Assembly: GCA_030066685.1 (NCBI GenBank)
Contig: JASJBF010000003.1
Location: 110,576 to 174,575, forward strand
DNA length: 64,000 bases
Source of the DNA: Kiloniellales bacterium
GTDB lineage: Bacteria > Pseudomonadota > Alphaproteobacteria > Kiloniellales > JAKSBE01
Direction of reading: 5' to 3'
Position 1 is the stretch's first letter. Each line of letters opens with the position of its first letter. Positions 57,810 to 64,000 of the stretch are shown here, piece by piece. The notes below the pieces were generated by a model. It saw only the letters and a list, made by a program, of their open reading frames with translations, did no database searches and was not told the DNA's origin. A program made the position numbers and the translations under genes.

Positions 57810-58898
57810 CTAAGCTGCGCAGCCGGCAAGGGGGCCGAGGCCGGGTGCGCTCAGGACGAGGACCTTGAAGAGCGTGCCCATCTCCTCCGGCGCGGTCAGG
57901 CGATGCAGCGCCGTTCGGATCTCGGCCGCCTGCTCGGGGCTGGCGCCGGCGGCCAGGCGCTCGGCACGGGTCGCGATGCCAAGGGCCTCGAGGAAGGCGC
58001 CCTGCGGGGTCGGTCCCCAGGCTTCCGCGCCGGCCGCGCGGGCGGCACGAGCCAGGGCGCCGAAGTCGACGTGGGCGGTCAGGTCGGCCTGGCCCGGCGA
58101 AGCCAGGACGTCCTCGCGCGCATGCCGGCGCAGCGCCTGGAGGGTCGGGCGGCCGTCGGGCGCCGCATGGCCGTAGTCGACGATCAAGGCGGCGCCGCCG
58201 TCTTCGGCGAGGCGCCGGCCGATCTCGGCGGTCAGGGAGAGGGCCGCGGGCGAAACCTCGGCCACGGCGCCGGGCGTGGCATCGCGCAGCGCGTCGGGCA
58301 GCAGGGCCTCGGCGTAGGGTGCTGGCGGCGAGAGGCCGAAGGCCAGGGCATCGCCCTCGGGTGCCAGGCCGACCAGGCGCTCGCGCCAGCCCTCCGGCGT
58401 GCGCTCGAACTGGCGGATCGGCAGGGCGTCGAAGAACTCGTTGGCGATGACCAGCAGGGGCCGGCCCTGCGGCACTTCGGCGAGCGACTCGTGCCAGGCA
58501 GTCGCGACGCCCGCAAGGCTGCGTGCCTGAAGTTCGCGCAGGGTCGGGCTGACCTCGACGATGTGCAGATCCAGGGCCTCGCGGAAGCCCGGCACCACCT
58601 TGGCGGCCCGGAGCAGGTCGGCCAGCAAGGTACCGCGGCCGGGGCCGAGCTCGACCAGGGTCAGCGCCTCCGGTGCGCCGAGGCGCTGCCAGGTCTCGGC
58701 GCACCACAGGCCGATCAGCTCGCCGAACATCTGGCTGATCTCCGGCGCGGTGACGAAGTCGCCGCGCGCGCCGAAGGGGTCGCCGGTCATGTAGTAGCCC
58801 TGACGCGGGTGGGTCAGGGCCTCGGCCAGGTACTCGGCGAGGGTGATCGGCCCCTGGCGCGCGATCCGCTTAAGAAGACGGGCTGCCAGCTCGCTCAT
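57810..58898 (-). CDS. Class I SAM-dependent methyltransferase (DUF185 / NDUFAF7-MidA-like)
   Basis: 362 aa. Motifs are GDFVTAPEISQMFGELIG, LVELGPGRGTL and ANEFFDALP. Confidence 0.88.
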   Translation of the reverse strand: MSELAARLLKRIARQGPITLAEYLAEALTHPRQGYYMTGDPFGARGDFVTAPEISQMFGELIGLWCAETWQRLGAPEALTLVELGPGRGTLLADLLRAAKVVPGFREALDLHIVEVSPTLRELQARSLAGVATAWHESLAEVPQGRPLLVIANEFFDALPIRQFERTPEGWRERLVGLAPEGDALAFGLSPPAPYAEALLPDALRDATPGAVAEVSPAALSLTAEIGRRLAEDGGAALIVDYGHAAPDGRPTLQALRRHAREDVLASPGQADLTAHVDFGALARAARAAGAEAWGPTPQGAFLEALGIATRAERLAAGASPEQAAEIRTALHRLTAPEEMGTLFKVLVLSAPGLGPLAGCAA

Positions 58899-59733
58899 GC
58901 TGGGCGCTGGCGGCGGAGTCGCTGCGGCCGGCGCGCAGCGACCAGAAGATCACGAAGCCCCCCAGCAGGATCATTGGCAGCGAAAGGATCTGGCCCATGG
59001 TGACGAACTGGAACAGCACGCCGAGATGGGCGTCCGGCTCGCGGACGAACTCGACCAGGAAGCGCGACAGCCCATAGCCGCTCAGGAAGATGCCGATCAT
59101 CATGCCCCTGTGGCGCAGGCCGCCCAGGCGAACCAGAACGTAGAGCACGACGAAAAGGACCAGGCCCTCGAGGACGGCCTCGTAGAGCTGGCTCGGATGG
59201 CGCGGCTCGGGCCCTCCCTGCGGGAAGACCATGCCCCAGGGTGCGTCCGTGACCCGGCCGAAGAGCTCGCCGTTGATGAAGTTCGCCAGGCGCCCGAAGA
59301 ACAGGCCGATGGGGGTGGCTGCGGCGACCACGTCTCCGACCGCGATCATGTCGACCTGGCGACGGCGGGCGAAGAGCACGATCGCCAAGGTCACGCCGAG
59401 CAGGCCGCCGTGGAAGCTCATGCCGCCTTCCCAGACCTTCACGATCTGGATCGGATCGGTCAGGAAGTACATCGGCTTGTAGAACAGCACGTAGCCGATT
59501 CGGCCGCCCAGCACCACGCCGAGGGTGGCCCAGAGCAGCAGGTCGTCGAAGAAGTCCGGGCCGAGCTTGGCCGGCGAATAGCGCGTGCCCAGTCGCAGGC
59601 AGTAGCGCCAGCCGAGGAACAAGCCGGCGATATAGGCCAGCGCGTACCAGCGGATCGCGATCGGCCCGATCTGAATCAGGACCGGATCGATCTCCGGGAA
59701 GCTCAGGGCGAGCAGGGGGAGGGATGCGGTCAT
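58870..59733 (-). CDS. lgt: Prolipoprotein diacylglyceryl transferase
   Basis: Start chosen at MTASLPLL (59733). Motifs are IRWYALAYI, GGRIGYVLFY, GGMSFHGG, GRLANFINGELFGR and HPSQLYE. It overlaps the downstream gene by 29 nt. Confidence 0.94.
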   Translation of the reverse strand: MTASLPLLALSFPEIDPVLIQIGPIAIRWYALAYIAGLFLGWRYCLRLGTRYSPAKLGPDFFDDLLLWATLGVVLGGRIGYVLFYKPMYFLTDPIQIVKVWEGGMSFHGGLLGVTLAIVLFARRRQVDMIAVGDVVAAATPIGLFFGRLANFINGELFGRVTDAPWGMVFPQGGPEPRHPSQLYEAVLEGLVLFVVLYVLVRLGGLRHRGMMIGIFLSGYGLSRFLVEFVREPDAHLGVLFQFVTMGQILSLPMILLGGFVIFWSLRAGRSDSAASAQHERAGSPSS

Positions 59734-59987
59734 CGCCGGCTGCGCGCCTGTCGATGTCGAGCTGTCATGGCCTTGGCTTGCCTTTCTGGGGCTTGTTGTA
59801 GAGCCCGCGCTGGCGGGGGGCAAGGGCGGCCGCCGCCGGGCCGCCTGCACGAGCCTGTGATATCTCGGCGCCCGCGGTGCGGCGTCGGCCTGGCCGTTCT
59901 GTCGGGCGGTGCTTGCCGGCGCCGCCGCTTTGGCGTTTGATGTCGCTGCCGTGGGGCGATCGGGCGCAGCGACAAGGGAGTGGACCC

Positions 59988-60293
59988 GTGCAGTCACAGA
60001 ACAGGCTTCTCGACGATCTGGCCAAGGTGGCGACCAGCGCGATGGGCACCCTCTCGGGCGTGCGCGAGGAGGTCGAGGCGCAGGTCCGCCAGCGCCTGGA
60101 GCGGGTCCTCGGCCAGATGGATCTGGTGACCCGCGAGGAGTTCGACGCGGTCAAGGCCATGGCCGCCAAGGCGCGCGCCGAGCAGGAGGCGCTGGAGGCG
60201 CGCCTCGTGGCCCTGGAGGGTCAACTCGCCGGCAAGGCCGAGGCAGCGAAGGGCAAAGCGGCCAAGCCGAAGGCGCCCAAGTCCGCCGACTAG
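59988..60293 (+). CDS. ubiK: UbiK-family accessory factor (BMFP-like coiled-coil protein)
   Basis: The GTG at 59988 lies 7 nt after an AAGGGAG SD. RLLDDLAKVATSAMG...LVTREEFDAVKAMAAKAR matches the UbiK pattern. Confidence 0.8.
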   Translation: MQSQNRLLDDLAKVATSAMGTLSGVREEVEAQVRQRLERVLGQMDLVTREEFDAVKAMAAKARAEQEALEARLVALEGQLAGKAEAAKGKAAKPKAPKSAD

Positions 60294-60358
60294 AGCAGCC
60301 CGCGTTCATTCGAACGCAGATAAGCTGCTCTATCTATATGGAATAGACCAAATTATCT

Positions 60359-60392
60359 GCGCTCAATTGATTCCAATTGAGCGCAGTTTGAT
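60359..60392 (+). terminator. Perfect 11-bp hairpin (GCGCTCAATTG-ATTC-CAATTGAGCGC) plus a weak T-tract
   Basis: Seen directly, 66 nt downstream of the ubiK stop. It is followed by AGTTTGAT. Confidence 0.45.
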
Positions 60393-60627
60393 CTGGTTGC
60401 CCGCGGCCGACCGAGCGCCCCTGGTTCCGAGAATGTAGACGCGCGGCCCTCGACACATAGCCACAGCTTTCTGGCGCCGGGCCCTGTGCGGGGCCAGATC
60501 CGCTCTTGCCAGGCTCCCGGCCTTTTGGCACCCTAGATTTCGTGGTTCGGGGGTTTCGGTCCGCCACATTTAGTGGGGCCTCGCGACTCGGCGAGGGGTC
60601 CTGCGCGGGAGCAAGGACAGGCTGCCA

Positions 60628-61134
60628 ATGACCATCAAGACCCTGGTGCGGGAGCGCCGGCTGCCCGGCAACCCGATCGATATCCTGGAAGAGCTAGTCC
60701 TCTCCAATGACTGGCCCTTCACCCGGAGCAACGACATCGAGCTGGCGGTCGAGGTCAGCGGGCGCTGGTGCAGCTACCAGCTCTGCTTCCTCTGGGACGA
60801 GGCCTCGCAGTCGGTGCATTTCTCCTCCTTCCTCGATACCCGCGTGCCGCCGTTGCACCGGGCCCGGGTCCACGAGCTGATGGGCGCGGTCAACGAGCGG
60901 CTCTGGATCGGACACTTCGAGCTGGGCGCCGAGGAAGGGGCGCCGCTCTTCCGCCACACCCTGCCGCTGCGCGGCACCTTCGGGGCCAGCGCCGAGCAGC
61001 TGGAAGACCTGATGGACACGGCGGCCATGGAGTGCGAGCGTTTTTATCCGGCCCTGCAGCTGGTCGTCTGGGGTGGACGCAGCGTCGCCGACGCCATCGC
61101 GACGGCGATCATGGATACCCACGGCGAGGCCTGA
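60628..61134 (+). CDS. YbjN domain-containing protein (putative sensory transduction/chaperone-like)
   Basis: 168 aa. NPIDILEELVLSNDWPFTR...ELAVEVSGRWCSYQLCFLW...VHFSSFLD matches the YbjN-like pattern. It is followed by proC, as in many alphaproteobacteria. Confidence 0.8.
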   Translation: MTIKTLVRERRLPGNPIDILEELVLSNDWPFTRSNDIELAVEVSGRWCSYQLCFLWDEASQSVHFSSFLDTRVPPLHRARVHELMGAVNERLWIGHFELGAEEGAPLFRHTLPLRGTFGASAEQLEDLMDTAAMECERFYPALQLVVWGGRSVADAIATAIMDTHGEA

Positions 61135-61135
61135 C

Positions 61136-61954
61136 ATGGAACTCGACGGCCGGCTTCTGCTCGTCGGCTGCGGCAAGATGGGTGGCGCCCTGCTGTGCGG
61201 CTGGGTCGAGCGCGGGCTCGATCCGTCTGTGGTTACCGTGGTCGAGCCCGGCGCCGAGGCGCGCAACGACGTGGCCGCGCTGGGGGTCGAGGCCGTGGCC
61301 GGTCTGGACCAGGTCGAGGCCGCGTTGCAGCCGGCCTTCGTGGTGCTGGCGGTCAAACCGCAGATGATGGACGCGATCCTGCCGGACTGCCGGCGCTTCG
61401 CGGCGCCGGGGACGGCCGTCCTGTCAATCGCGGCCGGGACCACCCTCGGGGCCTTCGAGGCCGCGCTCGGGGACGAAGCCGCGGTGATCCGGGTCATGCC
61501 CAACACGCCGGCGGCGGTCGGCCGGGGCATGTCGGTGCTCTGCGCCAACGCCCGGGTCGACGATGCCCAGAAAGTCGTCGCCGGCGCGCTGATGGCCGCG
61601 GTCGGCGAGGTCGCCTGGATCGAGGACGAGGCCCTGATGGACGCGGTCACCGGCGTCTCCGGCAGCGGCCCGGCCTACGTCTTCCTGATGATCGAATCCC
61701 TCGCCGAGGCCGGCGTCGAAGCCGGCTTGCCGCGCGAGCTCGCGACCCAGCTGGCGCAGGCCACGGTCGCCGGCGCGGGCGAGCTGGCCCGGCAGTCCGA
61801 GGAGACGGCCGCGCAGCTGCGCCGCAACGTCACCAGCCCGGGCGGCACCACGGCGGCGGCGCTCGAGGTCCTGATGGCCGAGGGCGGCCTGCCGGAACTG
61901 ATGAAGCGGGCGGTCGCCGCGGCGGCGCGGCGCGGCCGCGAGCTGGGCGCCTGA
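61136..61954 (+). CDS. proC: Pyrroline-5-carboxylate reductase
   Basis: Start chosen at MELDGRLLLVGCGKMGGA (61136). Motifs are LAVKPQ, RVMPNTPA and VTSPGGTT. Confidence 0.94.
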   Translation: MELDGRLLLVGCGKMGGALLCGWVERGLDPSVVTVVEPGAEARNDVAALGVEAVAGLDQVEAALQPAFVVLAVKPQMMDAILPDCRRFAAPGTAVLSIAAGTTLGAFEAALGDEAAVIRVMPNTPAAVGRGMSVLCANARVDDAQKVVAGALMAAVGEVAWIEDEALMDAVTGVSGSGPAYVFLMIESLAEAGVEAGLPRELATQLAQATVAGAGELARQSEETAAQLRRNVTSPGGTTAAALEVLMAEGGLPELMKRAVAAAARRGRELGA

Positions 61955-61956
61955 CC

Positions 61957-62448
61957 ATGCCCGAGACGCCTCCGCCCAAGGGCTCGCTGCGCCGGGTCCA
62001 GGAGGCCCTGGCGGCCAAGGGCCTCGAGACCGCGGTGACGACCTTCCCCGAGAGCACGCGGACCTCGGCCGAGGCCGCGGCGGCGATCGGCTGCAGCGTC
62101 GGGCAGATCGCCAAATCGCTGGTCTTCCGGGGCCGCGAGAGCGACCGGCCGGTCCTGGTGATCGCCAGCGGCGACAACCGGGTCGACACCGGCAAGGTCG
62201 CCGCGGTCCTGGGCGAGAAGATCGCCCGCGCCGACGCCGACTTCGTCCGGGCGCGTACCGGCTTCGCCATCGGCGGTGTCGCGCCGGTGGCCCACAAGGA
62301 GCCGCCCCTGGTCGTGATCGACCGCGATCTCCTGGCCCACGACCGGATCTGGGCGGCCGCCGGCGCGCCCAACGCGGTCTTCGAGCTCGCGCCGCGGGAC
62401 CTGGAAGCCCTGACCGGCGGGCCGGTCGCCGAGATCCGCCAAGACTGA
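61957..62448 (+). CDS. YbaK/EbsC-family aminoacyl-tRNA deacylase
   Basis: 163 aa. Motifs are AAAIGCSVGQIAKSLVF, RVD..KV and GFAIGGVAPVAH. Confidence 0.85.
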   Translation: MPETPPPKGSLRRVQEALAAKGLETAVTTFPESTRTSAEAAAAIGCSVGQIAKSLVFRGRESDRPVLVIASGDNRVDTGKVAAVLGEKIARADADFVRARTGFAIGGVAPVAHKEPPLVVIDRDLLAHDRIWAAAGAPNAVFELAPRDLEALTGGPVAEIRQD

Positions 62449-62551
62449 GCGCGCGTAAGTATCGGCGAGCGGGCATTGACGGGGAGGCCCGGGCTCTGGT
62501 TCCTTCTGGGCCTTGGAATAGGCACAGTCCCGCGCGATAAGGATCGCCGCC

Positions 62552-63265
62552 ATGGCCGAGACCCCGAAGAACTCCAAGCCCAAGGCCGCCAGGTCCAAGT
62601 CGGCGGCCGCCAAGGCCGCGCCCAAAGGCCCGTCCAAAGGCGGGGCCAAGGCCAACGGCGCCGCCAAGGCCGAGCCGGCGCCGCAGGATCGCATGGTCGA
62701 CGCCGCCCTGGCGCTTGCGGCCGAACGGCCCTGGCACGAGATCTCGTTGCGAGAGATCGCAGAGGCTTCAGGGCTGCCCCTGGCCGAGGCCTACCGCTGC
62801 GCCGCCTCGAAGCAGGCGATCCTCGAAGCCTTCCTGCGCCGGACCGATGCCCTTGTCCTGTCGGAGGGGGCGGTGGAGGAAGAAGAGGGCAGCGCCCGCG
62901 ATCGGGTCTTCGACATACTGATGCGCCGATTCGATGCCCTGCAGCCCCATCGCAAGGCGCTGGCCTCGATCCTGCTGGCCCAGACCCGGGACCCGGCCGG
63001 GGCCCTGGCCGGCCTGGCGGCGCTGCAGCGCTCCATGACCTGGATGCTGGAGGCGGCGGGCCTGGAAGCCGACGGGCTCAGGGGCCTGGCCCGGACCAAA
63101 GGACTGACCCTGCTCTATCTCGCGACGCTACGCACCTGGCTGCGCGACGACTCCCTCGATCTCGCCAGGACTATGGCCGCCCTGGACGGCTACCTCAGGC
63201 GCCTGGAAGGCCTGCTGCGGCGGCTGCCGCGCCGCAACATCGGCGATCCAAAAACCGCAGAATAG
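62552..63265 (+). CDS. TetR-like transcriptional regulator with a Lys/Ala/Pro-rich (histone-H1-like) N-terminal tail
   Basis: 237 aa. Residues 1 to about 45 are KNSKPKAARSKSAAAKAAPKGPSKGGAKANGAAKAEPAP. A TetR-type HTH then follows (MVDAALALAAERPWHEISLREIAEASGLPLAEAYRCAASKQAIL). Confidence 0.75.
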   Translation: MAETPKNSKPKAARSKSAAAKAAPKGPSKGGAKANGAAKAEPAPQDRMVDAALALAAERPWHEISLREIAEASGLPLAEAYRCAASKQAILEAFLRRTDALVLSEGAVEEEEGSARDRVFDILMRRFDALQPHRKALASILLAQTRDPAGALAGLAALQRSMTWMLEAAGLEADGLRGLARTKGLTLLYLATLRTWLRDDSLDLARTMAALDGYLRRLEGLLRRLPRRNIGDPKTAE

Positions 63266-63278
63266 CTGTGCTTCAGCT

Positions 63279-63375
63279 TTTTTGTGCGCTGCACAAAAAA
63301 AGTTCTTGACCCGAGCGGCGGCTCGCACATATATCTTGTCCAGGTTCATTTTTGTGCGCTGCAGCATTGCAGGCC
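63279..63375 (+). promoter_or_regulatory. phaP promoter region: TTGACC-N17-ATATAT flanked by two copies of TTTTTGTGCGCTGCA
   Basis: The -35 element is at 63306..63311 and the -10 at 63329..63334. A perfect 15-nt direct repeat occurs at 63279..63293 and 63349..63363. Each copy holds a GTGC-GCT-GCA(C/G) palindrome. A further CTGCA-N4-TGCAG lies at 63359..63372. Confidence 0.55.
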
Positions 63376-63391
63376 TTGTAGGGGACAACCC

Positions 63392-63865
63392 ATGGCTCAG
63401 AACACCTTCAATCTTTTCGACACCGACTTCACCAAGTACGCCGACATGTCCAAGTTCATGGATGCCGGCAAGATGGCTGACATGTTCAAGCTTCCCGGCT
63501 TCGACGCCAAGGCGATGGCCGACAGCCAGCGCAAGACCGTCGAAGCGGTGACCGCCTTCAACCGGGTCGCCTACGAGGGCGGCCAGGCCATTGCCCAGCG
63601 CCAGACCGAGATCGTCCGCGAGGCGGTCGACGAGACTCTCAAGGCGATCAAGGAGCTGGCCGAGGCCGCGCCGGAGCAGCGCATGGCCAAGCAGGCCGAG
63701 CTCGCCAAGGAAGGCTACGAGCACCTGCTCGCCAACGTCCGCGAGCTCAGCGAGATCGCGACCAAGGCGAACCAGGAGGCCCTGGATCTGGTCAACAGCC
63801 GGATCACCGCCGCCCTGGACGAGTACAAGGCCGCGATGAACGGCGCGACCGCGAAGAAGAAGTAA
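63392..63865 (+). CDS. phaP: Phasin (PHA granule-associated protein)
   Basis: Start chosen at MAQNTFNLF (63392). FDAKAMADSQRKTVEAVTAFNRVAYEGGQAIAQRQTEIVREAVDE is the alphaproteobacterial phasin pattern. Confidence 0.88.
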   Translation: MAQNTFNLFDTDFTKYADMSKFMDAGKMADMFKLPGFDAKAMADSQRKTVEAVTAFNRVAYEGGQAIAQRQTEIVREAVDETLKAIKELAEAAPEQRMAKQAELAKEGYEHLLANVRELSEIATKANQEALDLVNSRITAALDEYKAAMNGATAKKK

Positions 63866-63897
63866 CGCTTCGAACGCAAACGCGTTTCTCGGGATCG

Positions 63898-63929
63898 GGC
63901 CGCCTCCTCGGAGGCGGCCTTTTCCGTTT
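63898..63929 (+). terminator. Rho-independent terminator after phaP
   Basis: GGCCGCCTCC-tc-GGAGGCGGCC followed by TTTTCCGTTT. Confidence 0.85.
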
Positions 63930-64000
63930 GCGGCGTGGTGCCTTGCCCCGACTTCAGGCGCGGTGCTAGCGTCCCCCCGCCTGTGAGGGGAGGGCGGGAT

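Noticed and set aside
63264-63283. Small hairpin AGCTG-tgctt-CAGCT plus a T-run as terminator of the TetR-like gene.
   Set aside because: A 5-bp stem is too weak to call. The T-run is better explained as part of the 23-nt palindrome and direct repeat at the phaP promoter.

Overview
The window is a very GC-rich chromosomal segment, with third codon positions almost all G/C. Its gene content and order look alphaproteobacterial, Rhodospirillales-like. I call about 65 CDS. I found no rRNA, tRNA, CRISPR array, transposase, integrase or phage structural gene. All family calls rest on motifs and architectures I recognise by eye, because no searches were possible.

Conserved housekeeping blocks:
- moxR-DUF58-DUF4159-membrane operon (2553..9303), divergent from DUF1285-nudix-small membrane-cca (9337..12139)
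- two-domain PPK2
- hemF-trmL
- petABC (cytochrome bc1)
- mtnP plus aldolase/SDR
- ychF-pth-rplY-prs
- lgt-methyltransferase-pgeF
- ubiK, ybjN-proC-ybaK
- a TetR-like gene plus a phasin gene

An accessory-looking stretch (about 24.7-47.9 kb) lies between these blocks. It holds small detox and stress-type enzymes (VOC, AcnX, CMD, two PNPOx, RidA, HAD, PQQ-sugar dehydrogenase, DLH, MOSC, SDR), regulators (three TetR, one AraC), and three copies of a palindromic MITE/REP-like intergenic repeat.

Most interesting loci:
1. A tandem pair of large orphan paralogs sits in a GC-poor island (48026..51064). The ends are conserved and the middles are divergent. The second copy carries a TGG->TAG change, and the old reading frame is still intact behind it.
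2. A translationally coupled cassette (26063..27813) encodes an internally duplicated protein split by a TM hairpin, plus a small P-loop NTPase. A small membrane gene precedes it.
3. A coupled sORF-PNPOx-helical repeat triad (31063..32359).
4. A DoxX-like membrane domain fused to NDH-2.
5. A GC-poor gene for a secreted protein with poly-Asp tails.
6. A TetR-like protein with a histone-H1-like Lys/Ala/Pro tail sits next to a phasin gene. The phasin promoter is bracketed by repeated TGC-N3-GCA boxes.

Many long antisense shadow ORFs in the track are artefacts of the GC content.
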